Part shown: positions 42,951 through 52,848 of the stretch, in pieces
How positions within the stretch are numbered: the first letter of the stretch is position 1
Layout: the number at the start of each line of letters is the position of its first letter
NCBI GenBank assembly: GCA_965224215.1
Contig: CBDCYS010000078.1
Location: 4,884-68,883, forward strand
DNA length: 64,000 nucleotides
Direction of reading: 5' to 3'
Origin: Bryobacterales bacterium
Lineage (GTDB): Bacteria > Acidobacteriota > Terriglobia > Bryobacterales > UBA6623
The notes under the pieces: model-generated
Databases searched by the model: none
What the model was told of the DNA's origin: nothing
What the model saw: the letters and a program-made list of their open reading frames with translations, nothing else
Translations under genes and position numbers: made by a program

Positions 42951-44207
42951 ATGACTCTCACGAGACGGGAATGGGGAAAGGCCGTAACTGCGGCGGCCGG
43001 CGGTGCGGCGCTGAGCGGTTGCTCTGACAGCAACGAGGGCACTACCGCTGATGGTCAACCGGTTCCTGGACGCGCGAACATGGCGCGACAGTCAGACGGC
43101 GGCGTCCTCGAGCGCTCGATAGTCCTCGACCTTCACTGCGACACCCCGGAACGGATTGTTAACGAGCGGATCGATCTCAGCCAACGCGACACCGAGGGGC
43201 AGCTCGACATCCCGCGCATGCGCGACGGCGGAGTCACCGGGGTGTTCTTCTCGATCTATACCAGTGCCACGGCAGGCACGGAACTCGCGGCAGTCGAGAA
43301 GGCGCTGAAGATCATCGATGCGGTTGTCGCGGAAGTCAATCGTCACCCAGACGATTTGGTCTTGGCGACGAAGGCCGACGAGATCATTCGCGCCAAGCAC
43401 GAGAAGAGAATCGCCATTCTGATGGGAGTCGAGGGCGGACACATGATCGACTCGAGCCTCCCAGTACTGCGGAGCCTGTATCGGCTGGGAGCCAGATACA
43501 TGACGCTAACCCATAGTGCTCCGACGCCGTGGGCCGGCTCCTCCGGCAGCTCCGAGGGGCCGAAAGGTTTGACCGATTTCGGCAAACAGGTTGTTCGCGA
43601 GATGAACCGGCTGGGCATGATGGTCGACATTTCCCATGTCTCCGACGAAGCTTTCTTTGATGCTCTCGAGACGGCGGCGGCGCCCATGATCGCTTCGCAC
43701 TCCTCTTGCAGGGCGCTGGCTAGCCACCCTCGCAATATGACCGACGAGATGCTGCAGGCATTGGCGGCGAAAGGTGGAGTTGTCCACATCAACTACTACA
43801 ACGCCTTCCTCGATGCGGAGAACAACAAGCGGGAAAACGGCCTCAAGGATCTCGAACAAAAGCGCGCCGCCGTGAGAAAGAAGTTCGCGGGAGATTCCAA
43901 GCAAACCGCCATCGGCCTGCGCCAAGTCAACGTGGAACAGATCGAGCGGATTGGCCGGGTCCCCTTCAGCCGTTTGCTGGATCATTTCGAGCATGCCGTG
44001 AAAGTAGCGGGCGTCAATCACGTTGGGATGGGTTCGGATTTCGATGGCGTGCGCGACCAGCTGCCCGAGGGCATGGAAGACATCTCGAAGATCCCGAATC
44101 TTGTCGCCGGCTTGGGTGAGAGAGGTTTTACCGATTCCGATATTGAGAAGATTCTGGGTGGGAATTCACTACGAGTCATGCTTGACGTCGAGAATGCCGC
44201 GGCATAG
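42951..44207 (+). CDS. Membrane dipeptidase (peptidase M19) with Tat-lipoprotein signal
   Basis: TRREW...ALSGC signal; DLHCDT, GVEGGH, MVDISHVSD, IASHS, GSDFDG, ILGGN. Confidence 0.9.
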   Translation: MTLTRREWGKAVTAAAGGAALSGCSDSNEGTTADGQPVPGRANMARQSDGGVLERSIVLDLHCDTPERIVNERIDLSQRDTEGQLDIPRMRDGGVTGVFFSIYTSATAGTELAAVEKALKIIDAVVAEVNRHPDDLVLATKADEIIRAKHEKRIAILMGVEGGHMIDSSLPVLRSLYRLGARYMTLTHSAPTPWAGSSGSSEGPKGLTDFGKQVVREMNRLGMMVDISHVSDEAFFDALETAAAPMIASHSSCRALASHPRNMTDEMLQALAAKGGVVHINYYNAFLDAENNKRENGLKDLEQKRAAVRKKFAGDSKQTAIGLRQVNVEQIERIGRVPFSRLLDHFEHAVKVAGVNHVGMGSDFDGVRDQLPEGMEDISKIPNLVAGLGERGFTDSDIEKILGGNSLRVMLDVENAAA

Positions 44208-44232
44208 CGGGAGAGCGAATCAAACCGGACAC

Positions 44233-44768
44233 ATGATGGAAATCGGGAGCGACGGACGAATCATCACGCCAAGGCGCGGCTGGAAGGCTGATTCGCGCCT
44301 GATCCCGGGCCTTGTCCTCGTTTTGCTAGGCATCTTGCTCATGCTGGCTAACCTGGGCTTGCTTGAGATCGAGCGGCTGTGGCGCTTCTGGCCGGTCATT
44401 CTGATTGCTTTCGGGCTGCACCGAATATTAGAGAAGCCGGCGCATCGTCGCGCCTCCGGCGTGGTGCTGCTGGTAGTCGGCATCGTTTTCCAGTTGCGCA
44501 ATCTGGGCTGGATGCCCTGAATCTCGGGCATCTCGAGCAATATTGGCCGCTGATTCTAATCGTGGTGGGCATCTACACGATCTGGCGGTCGCGGCAAAAG
44601 GGTGGTCTGACCGGGGGGCTGGTGCTACTGTTCCTGGGCGCCTGGTTCCAGGCGGAGAAGTTCGGGCTGATCGACTATCCCTTGTGGCGCTTGTGGCCGC
44701 TGGCTCTGGTGGCGATCGGCCTGAACATGGTGTTGAAGGCGCGGCGAAGCCGGACTACCTGGCGATGA
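44233..44768 (+). pseudogene. LiaF/DUF5668-like transmembrane protein, frameshifted near 44515
   Basis: Three xxWPxxLIxxG repeats lie in two frames. TGGATGCCCTGAATC would read WMPLN with one extra C. Confidence 0.7.
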
Positions 44769-44980
44769 GTGGGCTGCATCCCACGGCAAACGCTAGGTCC
44801 ACCGCCGCATGACGTGGCACTATCTCGAGACGTGCCGCGTCGCCATTCGTGGAGACATGTCTTGCCGGCGTGGCGTCCGCCTGATGGAAGGCAAGGGCCC
44901 ACTGCACAACGTATGCTGTCACTTGCTTGACCCTTCGCTTGCGCTCTGGGCTCTGTTTTGGAACGTGGTACAAAGGGAGC

Positions 44981-46123
44981 ATGCATCGCATACCCGTGCG
45001 GATGGCGAACAATTCGTATGACGTCGTCGTCGAAAGCGGCTCCCTGGAGTGCGTTGAGCAGTATCTTCGGCCGCTTATCGGGGATCGCCGTGTGTTCTTG
45101 ATCGCCGACCAGGGGGCTTGGCAGCATCAGGGCTCGCGCTTGAAAAAGGGGCTCCAGGGGCTGGATACGACCGTTATCCAGATGGCCGGCGGCGAGGAGA
45201 ACAAGCGTCTCAAGCTGGTCGAATCCCTGGCGGAACAAATGTATGCGGCCGGTGCCGACCGCAGTGCCTGCGTCATTGCCTTTGGCGGTGGCATTGCCGG
45301 CGATGTCGGCGGATTCGTGGCCGCCGGCTATATGCGCAGCGTGGATGTTGTCCAGGTCCCGACCACATTGCTGGCTCAAGTTGACGCGGCCGTCGGCGGC
45401 AAGACGGGGGTCAATCTTGCGGAGGGCAAAAACCTCTTCGGCGCTTTCCACCAGCCGCGGTTGGTCTTGATCGACCCAACGACGGTGCGAACGCTACCGG
45501 AACGCGAGTACCGCGCTGGTCTATTTGAAGTCATCAAGCACGGCATCATCAGGAGCCCCAGCCTGTTTGAACTAATGCGGGATCAGCAAGACGCCGTGCT
45601 GGCCCGCGATCCTGGAACGCTGGAAGCCATCATCGCGGAGTCGGTCGCGATCAAAGCCGAAGTCGTCTCCAAAGATGAGCGCGAAGGCAACGTGAGGCGC
45701 ATTCTCAACTACGGTCACACGCTCGGCCACGCGCTAGAGGCTGAGACGGCCTACGCGCGAGTGTTGCATGGCGAGGCCGTGGCCTACGGGATGATCGCCG
45801 CTGCGCGCCTAGCCGAGTCCCTTGAAATGCTGCCCCGCGACGAGGCACAGTCACTGCAAGATGTCGTGCTGTCCTACGGACCGATCCCCGCGCTTGATGG
45901 AGTCGAGGCGTCGAATTTAGCGGCGCGGATTCATGGCGACAAGAAGACGATCGGCGGCCACGTCCATTTTGTCCTTCCCGAGAGGATCGGCAAGGTCCGG
46001 GTCCTCAGCGACATAGACAGCAGGCTGATCGTGGAAGCGGCCGAGAGTGCTCTGCGGGTCTTCAGCCGTGAGCCCAATACTCCAGTGCCGGCGGTACGCG
46101 AATCGGTAGCGTCCGATCGGTAG
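44981..46123 (+). CDS. aroB: 3-dehydroquinate synthase
   Basis: GGGIAGDVGGF, PTTLLAQVDAAVGGKTGVN, GAFHQP, LNYGHTLGHALE, HGEAVA. Confidence 0.97.
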   Translation: MHRIPVRMANNSYDVVVESGSLECVEQYLRPLIGDRRVFLIADQGAWQHQGSRLKKGLQGLDTTVIQMAGGEENKRLKLVESLAEQMYAAGADRSACVIAFGGGIAGDVGGFVAAGYMRSVDVVQVPTTLLAQVDAAVGGKTGVNLAEGKNLFGAFHQPRLVLIDPTTVRTLPEREYRAGLFEVIKHGIIRSPSLFELMRDQQDAVLARDPGTLEAIIAESVAIKAEVVSKDEREGNVRRILNYGHTLGHALEAETAYARVLHGEAVAYGMIAAARLAESLEMLPRDEAQSLQDVVLSYGPIPALDGVEASNLAARIHGDKKTIGGHVHFVLPERIGKVRVLSDIDSRLIVEAAESALRVFSREPNTPVPAVRESVASDR

Positions 46124-46140
46124 CGTCCGGTGAATCGAAG

Positions 46141-46902
46141 ATGACCTCAGGTGCATCCCCTGCCGGAGTGGAAGCAGGCAACGAGGCCGAGGCGGCCCGG
46201 CACATTCGCCGCATGTTCGGGCGTGTGGCTCCTCGCTACGACTTGCTCAATCGACTGCTTTCTCTCCGCATCGATCAATACTGGCGCCGGGCGGTGGTTC
46301 GCCGTGTCGGGTCTTACCTTGAGCGTCCCGAGGCGAGAGTGTTGGACCTTTGCTGCGGGACGGGCGATCTGCTGCTGGCGCTTGAAGCCGAACGCCGCCG
46401 CCTCGGCAGCGCCCATGGTCGCCCAGTCATTGGGGCGGACTTTTGCTATCCCATGCTGACGTCGGCCAAGGCCAAGCTCGGTCGCCGCAACGTGGCGGCG
46501 CCGCTGCTCGAAGCAGATGCGTTGCAGTTCCCGATGGGTGGCGCGTCGGCGGATTTGATCACGATTGCCTACGGCTTTCGGAATCTGGCGAACTACCGCA
46601 AAGGGGTCGAGGAAATGTACCGGCTGCTGGCTCCCGGAGGCTGCCTGGCGATCCTCGAATTCTCGCGCCCGAAGAATCGCGTTTTGGGGCCGCTGTTTGA
46701 ATTCTATTTCCGGCGGGTCCTCCCTCTCATCGGAAACACTCTCTCGGGATCTGGCGACGCCTACTCCTATTTGCAGAAGTCGGTCGAGCGGTTTCTCAGA
46801 CCGGAGGAGCTGGTCGCGGAGATGAAGTCATGCGGCTTCCAGCGCGTAGAGGCGGTCCCTCTCACGGCCGGAATATCCTTTCTACACTTGGCTTATAAGT
46901 GA
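46141..46902 (+). CDS. ubiE: Demethylmenaquinone/ubiquinone methyltransferase (UbiE/MenG)
   Basis: MFGRVAPRYDLLNRLLS, LDLCCGTGD, IAYGFRN, ILEFS. Confidence 0.92.
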   Translation: MTSGASPAGVEAGNEAEAARHIRRMFGRVAPRYDLLNRLLSLRIDQYWRRAVVRRVGSYLERPEARVLDLCCGTGDLLLALEAERRRLGSAHGRPVIGADFCYPMLTSAKAKLGRRNVAAPLLEADALQFPMGGASADLITIAYGFRNLANYRKGVEEMYRLLAPGGCLAILEFSRPKNRVLGPLFEFYFRRVLPLIGNTLSGSGDAYSYLQKSVERFLRPEELVAEMKSCGFQRVEAVPLTAGISFLHLAYK

Positions 46903-46969
46903 CCCTGTTAACGAACTGCCAGGGGATAGAAAACGAGCCGGCGAGTGATGAATTCCAAGGCATAAACGA

Positions 46970-47671
46970 ATGAAGCATGTTTGGAAAGACTGGAATTGGA
47001 AAGACTCGGATTGGAAGGACTGGCTACTAGGCGCCGGGAAGATCGGCATCGCGCTCGTGCTCGTTTATCTTGGCTATACCTATCTCGAACGCTGGTCGAG
47101 TGCTCCGGTCCAACCCAATCAACCCGCCAAGGTAACGATTCACCCGGACCTCTATGTCTACCTTCCGAAGTCGTACGTGAGCGGCCTGGAATCGGCGCGC
47201 AAGCTAGTCGGCAAGCCGCTTTGGGTCCGGGAAGGCTACCGCTGGAATTACCAGCCAGGAGACAAGACGCTGGGACCGATCGAGAAAATCGTTCCGAGCG
47301 GCGTGCGTGCAATTGGAGCGAACGTTGTGCTCGAGTTTGAGAGGGAGGGCGAGAGCTGCACCGTTCCGATCAGTGTCGGCGATCATTTTTATGTTGATGA
47401 AGTCTTTTTCTCGAAGGACCCGCGCGAGCTTTACAACCATTGGACCGACGAGGACTGGCAAAAGATTGAGGCGCACAAGGTGGAAGTGGGCATGACCGAA
47501 ACTCAAGTCACCTTTGCCGCCGGAGCAGGCCAAATCGTGCGGTCCTCACCGGGAGGCAAGACCCGGGTCGTTGAATACTCCCTGGGCAAGGAAGCCGGAG
47601 TGCCGCCATTGAATGTGACGTTCCGTGACGGCATCGCCGAGCAAGTCGAGCCGCTGTCAGGTGTGAACTAG
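46970..47671 (+). CDS. Hypothetical membrane-anchored protein
   Basis: 233-aa ORF with one TM helix and a C-terminal VGMTxxQV motif (SmpA/OmlA-like); no family confidently recognised. Confidence 0.7.
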   Translation: MKHVWKDWNWKDSDWKDWLLGAGKIGIALVLVYLGYTYLERWSSAPVQPNQPAKVTIHPDLYVYLPKSYVSGLESARKLVGKPLWVREGYRWNYQPGDKTLGPIEKIVPSGVRAIGANVVLEFEREGESCTVPISVGDHFYVDEVFFSKDPRELYNHWTDEDWQKIEAHKVEVGMTETQVTFAAGAGQIVRSSPGGKTRVVEYSLGKEAGVPPLNVTFRDGIAEQVEPLSGVN

Positions 47672-47688
47672 CTCGCAAGGAGCACTAG

Positions 47689-49294
47689 GAGTCTGTCCCA
47701 CAGAAAAAGCCAGCAAGGAGTGGAATGTTTTGCATGGAAGGGCGAAACTAGAGGCATGGGGACCAACTACCGGCCTTATGAGCCTGATCAGCCGTTTTTA
47801 TTTCCGCCGTCGCCGCGGGACTGGCTGCCGCGGGACCACCTGGCCTATTTCATCTCCGATACACTCGATCAACTCGATCTGAGCGCCTTGCACCAGCCCT
47901 ACGAGGGCGACGGCCGGCGCAATCAGCCCTATCACCCGACGATGCTCGTCAAGGTGCTCGTCTACGCCTACGCGACGGGCGTGTTTTCGTCGCGCAGAAT
48001 CGCCAGCAAGCTGATCGACGACGTTGCACTACGCCTGCTTGCGGCGGGCAATCAGCCCGACTTTCGCACCATCAATCGCTTCCGTCAGCAACACTTGGAA
48101 ACGTTTGGCAAGCTGTTCGTCGCGCTCGTGCAGCTGGCCCAAAAGATGGGTTTGGTGAAACTGGGGACGGTGGCGCTGGACGGCACGAAAATCAAAGCCA
48201 ACGCCTCCAAACACAAGGCGATGAGCTACCAGCGCATGAAGGAAGAAGAGCAACAGCTCGAAAAAGAAATTCAACAGTTGCTCGAGAAAGCGCACCAAAC
48301 CGACGCCGCCGAAGACGAACTCTACGGCCCCGGCAAAAGCGGCGACGAGCTGCCGCCCGAGCTGCACAAACGCGAGCAGCGGCTCGAAAAGATCAGGGAA
48401 GCCAAGCAGGCGCTGGAAGACGAACAGGCCGAAAAAGACAAGCAGCAAGGGCGCCATCCCGGCGACGGCAAAGTGGCTTCGGAGACGAGACCGCAAGGCG
48501 GCTGTTCGAAATTCAAGCGGGAGTTCGGTGAGCCAAAGCCGCAAGCGCAACGCAATTTCAGCGATCCCGAGAGCCGCATCATGAAGTCGAAGCAGAGTTT
48601 CCAACAGTGCTACAACGCGCAGGCGGTGGTGGAAGAAGGCCGTCAGTTGATCGTGGCGCGGCAGGTGGGACAGAACGCGGCCGACAACGGGTCGCTCATC
48701 GAAATGGTGGATCAAGTGGAGCAAAACACGGGGAGCAAACCGGAGTGTTTGCTGGCGGACGCGGGGTATCGGAGCGAGAAGAACTTTCTGGCAATGGAGG
48801 AACGCGAGATCGAGGGCATCGTGGCGCTGCGGCGGGAAAGCAAGGCGGCCCAGGAAGAAAAGAAGCAAAACAACAAGGCCACCGAAGCGGCGAGCGAGCG
48901 CATGGCGAAGCGCCTCGAGCAGCAGCGCGGCAAGCAACAATACGCGCGCCGCAAAGGGATGGTGGAGCCAGCGTTCGGATGGGTGAAAGAGGTGTTAGGA
49001 TTCCGGCGATTTTCGCTGCGGGGTCTCAAGAAAGTACAAGGAGAATGGAGCTTGGTAACGATGGCGTTGAACCTGCGGCGGATGGCGAGGATGGAGGCGC
49101 TCCCGACGGCGGCCTAAGCGGAGCGAAGCGTGAAAAAAGCCGCCCACGGAAGCCGCTATCGAGTCACAGAGGCGATGCTGTTGCCGCAACGAAGGATCGC
49201 ATCCGGATCGCAGCCGGACACTCGCGTTGCCGACCTCAAAAATCCAATCTCGCCCCCGTATTACCTTCGTGCCGGATTTCTGTGGGACAGACTC
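47689..49294 (+). mobile_element. IS1182-family insertion sequence, copy 2 (1606 bp)
   Basis: Same TIRs as copy 1; CTAG duplicated at 47685-47688 and 49295-49298. Confidence 0.92.
47756..49117 (+). CDS. IS1182-family transposase
   Basis: Translation identical to 8992..10389. Confidence 0.92.
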   Translation: MGTNYRPYEPDQPFLFPPSPRDWLPRDHLAYFISDTLDQLDLSALHQPYEGDGRRNQPYHPTMLVKVLVYAYATGVFSSRRIASKLIDDVALRLLAAGNQPDFRTINRFRQQHLETFGKLFVALVQLAQKMGLVKLGTVALDGTKIKANASKHKAMSYQRMKEEEQQLEKEIQQLLEKAHQTDAAEDELYGPGKSGDELPPELHKREQRLEKIREAKQALEDEQAEKDKQQGRHPGDGKVASETRPQGGCSKFKREFGEPKPQAQRNFSDPESRIMKSKQSFQQCYNAQAVVEEGRQLIVARQVGQNAADNGSLIEMVDQVEQNTGSKPECLLADAGYRSEKNFLAMEEREIEGIVALRRESKAAQEEKKQNNKATEAASERMAKRLEQQRGKQQYARRKGMVEPAFGWVKEVLGFRRFSLRGLKKVQGEWSLVTMALNLRRMARMEALPTAA

Positions 49295-49354
49295 CTAGCC
49301 TGCATTTCTCACCACTAATATTGTTCACTTAGAGCCTCCAAGCCGATAGCCCAT

Positions 49355-49507
49355 GAGCCGCGACCGTAAGGGAGCGGTTACTGCTCCGGAGCGTTCCGCC
49401 GCCCCCGGCCCCAAGGTTGTCACCGAGAGAGCCGTCAAGCCACGAAGCGGCGCAGGATCGTAGCCCAGCTGTTAAGCCGCGAAGCGGCGCAGGAAAGTAG
49501 CCCAGCT
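49355..49507. repeat. REP-like cluster
   Basis: GAGCCGCGACCGTAAGGGAGCGGTTA (49355-49380) plus two 34-bp copies of AAGCC(A/G)CGAAGCGGCGCAGGA..GTAGCCCAGCT at 49437 and 49474. Confidence 0.7.
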
Positions 49508-50957
49508 ATCTGAGTTGGTCTGTCAAGAGGGCAGAGCATGTTTTTCTGTCCGCGATTCACAGGCAATTCACAGGCGTTCCACAGCAGGCAGGCACTGCGC
49601 CAGCGGAGAAGCTCTTCGCTCAAGCGCCTCCAGATACCGCGACTCATCATACAGCATGCCGTCTTGCCAGCAGCGATACAAGATCCGAATCCATTTGAAC
49701 GCCAGCGCGCGCACGGCGGCATGATGGTCCTGGCCTTGCGCCCGTTTTTGTTCGTAATAAGCTCCCGCCCACACCGACTGCCGCACCGAAAAAGCCGCAA
49801 ATTCGTGAAAGGTCTACCGCAAAAACTTCGAACACGCCCAGCGCACATGGACCCAGTCCTTGTTGCCGCTGCGCTCCCTGACCGGCGCGATGCCGCTCGT
49901 TTTCTGCACCTCCTCGGCGCTCTGGAAACGCTCGCGGCGGCTGCCAAAAGCCGCCAGCAATCGCGGCGCCAGAGCCGCCCCCGCGCCCGGCAGCCCCTCG
50001 AAAAGAGCATAGTCCTGGTGCGCTTGAGTCAGCTGCGCGATCTGGTCCTCCAACACGGCGATGCCCCGCAGCAGTTGCCGCAGCAGCGCCACCTCGGTGA
50101 GCACCCGCGCCCGCCCCGGCTCGCAGACGGCGGCATCGCTGGTCAGCGGCACGGCTTGCCGGATACTGGCGATGCGCCGCTCGTTGCGCTGCAGGTTGTG
50201 GCAGCCGTGCCGCTCGAAGAACTTCCGCAGCGCCGAAGGACGCGCCTGCTGGGCTTGGTCCAGCGTCGGCCAGCGCTCCAGAAAATCCAGTGCCACGGGC
50301 GTGTCCAAATTGTCAAACCAATTCAGCACCCGCGGGTAGTATTGCTTGAGGCGGTCGGTCAGGCGATTCTTGTGACGCGTCTTCTCGTCGACCAGATCCC
50401 GGCGGTCGGCCACCAGCAGCCGCAGCTGGCGGATCTCGACGGTGTCGGGCCGCAGCGGCCGCAGATGGCGCCGATGATGTTGCAAGATTTCCAGCACCAG
50501 TTCGGCGTCCTGCGGGTCGTCTTTCGAACCCGAGCTGTAGAAGGCCGCGCGCAGCTTGGCGACCGCCTGCGGGGGAACCGGATACACCAGGAAATTCTCA
50601 AACTCGAGCAGCATCGACAGCAGCGGGCCGCGGCTTTGTTCGAGACAAACCGCGATCGGCGCCGCGGAGAAGCGGGCGGTCAGCTCGCAGGCCCAGGCCT
50701 GGACCGCCTCCGGGGTGTGATCGAGAAAACCGCTTTGGCGCTGGCCGGTCACGGCGTCCTCGAGAGCGAACGCATGTTTTTTGTCGGCCCAGTCCAGTGC
50801 GAGGAAAGCGCGAAAGACGGGCTCGGGAACGTTGTCTGCCATGGAATCAATCTCCTTGAAGGGGAAGGGTGGAATCGAAAATAGCGAGCCGGCAGACTTG
50901 GTTTCCGCGAGAGCCTTATAGTAGAGTCCTAAGAGCGGATCTCGGACACCATCTGAG
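49508..50957 (-). mobile_element. IS110-family element A, transposase inactivated by nonsense codon
   Basis: CDS 49568..50842 has ALDWA, VCLEQS, KDDPQDA, ERSG. KFLR-TAG-TFHEFA at 49814-49816 is in frame (CAG>TAG likely). ATCTGAG occurs at 49508 and 50951 and is taken as the boundary. Confidence 0.8.
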
Positions 50958-51393
50958 AATTCGTTTGAGAAACCAAGCGGCTCCCGCTGCTCGAAAAGCT
51001 GGACTCAGCCATCCTGTGGCAAGGGTGAACATTCGTAGCAGCGGGATGCCGGCGGGGTATCAGCATGGCAGAGGGAGAGCGGAGATTTCCACAAATCCAC
51101 CGCGCCGACGAGCCTGTGGAAAACTTTTCCTCAGCAAGCCAGTGCCGGAAAACACCCCGCAAACAACTATAAGGGTGAAACGAAGCGGAACCCTGGGTAC
51201 CCTCCCTGGTGGCGGGAGCCCTGAAGAGGCGGTAGGAGAACAGCCCGCATGACTCTGATGACGGGGCCGGCTTTAGCCGAAAAAAATGCAATGAAATTGG
51301 GCAATCAACCAGGCCCAAAATCGTTAAGTGAACAGGATTGCCCTCCCCAGGCTGATACCTGGGGGCTCTGAGTTTCTGCCCGAGAATTCCTAG

Positions 51394-52731
51394 ATGCTTG
51401 CCAACGATTCAGCAGTACACGCACAAACTCCGATGAAAGCCACCCTGAGCCAACTCTTCGCCTCAACCTTGGAGCAGCTTTCCCTGAACAAGGTCATGCC
51501 AAGAAAACTTGGCGCGAGCGGAGGGTTTCTCCAGATCGGGGAAGAGCGAATCGACCTAGCCGCCTACCGAAAGATCATCGTCGTTGCCATCGGAAAGGCC
51601 GCCTACCAAATGGCCGAACAAACGGCCGATATTCTGAAGCCACACACCGTCTCCGGCATGATTGTCACCTCCGCGCTACCGGACGGCCGGCTCACCAACT
51701 TCATGACGTACGAGGGCGGCCACCCCTATCCCAATGAACAAAGTGTGTGGTCGGCCAATGTGGCGCAACAGCTCTTGAGCGACTTGAAGCCCGATTACCT
51801 CGTGATCTATTTGCTCTCGGGAGGCGGCTCGGCCATCTTCGAAAAACCCATCTCCGATGAGATATCGCTCGACGACAGCCGTGAGTTCTTCCGTCTGCTG
51901 GTCACCTGCGGCGCCAACATCGTCGAAATGAACGTTCTGCGCAAACATTTTTCGGCAGTCAAAGGAGGCCGGCTCGCCGAGATCGCCCACCCGGCAAAGC
52001 AGTTGACGCTCTACGTGTCGGACGTTCCGGCCGACCAGCCTTCGACCGTTGCCTCGGGGCCAACGATGCCGGATGAGTCCACGGTCGACGACTGCTACGA
52101 GATTGTCGAGCGGCTGAAAATTCGAGACAGGCTCCCACAGTCGCTTCGCGCGATGTTCGACAAGCGAACCATTCCGGAAACGCCGAAGCCCGGTTCAGGA
52201 AAATTTGCCGACAGCTCCTGGCACTGCCTGCTGGGCAACCAAGACGGTCTCGACACACTCGTTTCGGCGTCACTGATGCAAGGGTGGGTGGTTGACACGG
52301 ATCTCACCGTGGACGATTGCCCACTGGAGCAAGCAGTGGACCATCTCCTCGCCCGTCTAACGACCCTGCAGCGGGAGAACCCAGGGAAGGCGGTCGCGAT
52401 GCTCACCGGCGGAGAACTGAGTTGCCCTGTTACCGGAGACGGCATGGGCGGACGCAACCAGGCGTTCGTGCTCTCTTGCACGAAACGAATCGCGGGTCAA
52501 AACATGGCCGTTGTCAGCGCGGGCACCGATGGAATTGATGGGAATTCTCCCGCTGCCGGAGCTGTAGCCGACGGAGAAACCATCCAACGCGCAAGGGATC
52601 TTGGAATGGACGCCACAGACTTCGGGCAGCGTTCCGACTCCTATCACTATTTCCAAAAGCTAGACGATCTGCTGATGACCGGGCCTACCGGCAACAACAT
52701 TCGCGACTTGCGAGCCCTAGTCGCTTGGTAG
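51394..52731 (+). CDS. Glycerate 2-kinase / hydroxypyruvate reductase family (DUF4147 + MOFRL)
   Basis: VAIGKAA, GGHPYP, LLSGGGSA, SAVKGGRLA, SDVP, GGRNQ, GTDGIDG, TGPTGNNIRD. Confidence 0.9.
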   Translation: MLANDSAVHAQTPMKATLSQLFASTLEQLSLNKVMPRKLGASGGFLQIGEERIDLAAYRKIIVVAIGKAAYQMAEQTADILKPHTVSGMIVTSALPDGRLTNFMTYEGGHPYPNEQSVWSANVAQQLLSDLKPDYLVIYLLSGGGSAIFEKPISDEISLDDSREFFRLLVTCGANIVEMNVLRKHFSAVKGGRLAEIAHPAKQLTLYVSDVPADQPSTVASGPTMPDESTVDDCYEIVERLKIRDRLPQSLRAMFDKRTIPETPKPGSGKFADSSWHCLLGNQDGLDTLVSASLMQGWVVDTDLTVDDCPLEQAVDHLLARLTTLQRENPGKAVAMLTGGELSCPVTGDGMGGRNQAFVLSCTKRIAGQNMAVVSAGTDGIDGNSPAAGAVADGETIQRARDLGMDATDFGQRSDSYHYFQKLDDLLMTGPTGNNIRDLRALVAW

Positions 52732-52848
52732 CAGCACTTTTTGACTCGTACCCCGGGCGCCGCGACGTGGCGCACTCATCCTGGCGTGCGTTGTCGCCAT
52801 TCCCCGCGACACCCAGCTGAACGAGGGTTCAGCCGTTCCTGGGAACGT

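Noticed and set aside
3833-49816. TAG recoding/readthrough, suggested by in-frame TAG at conserved Trp (3833) and Gln (49814) positions
   Set aside because: The two sites imply different amino acids, each is one substitution from TGG or CAG, and TAG is the normal stop of tpiA, secG, nfeD and others here.
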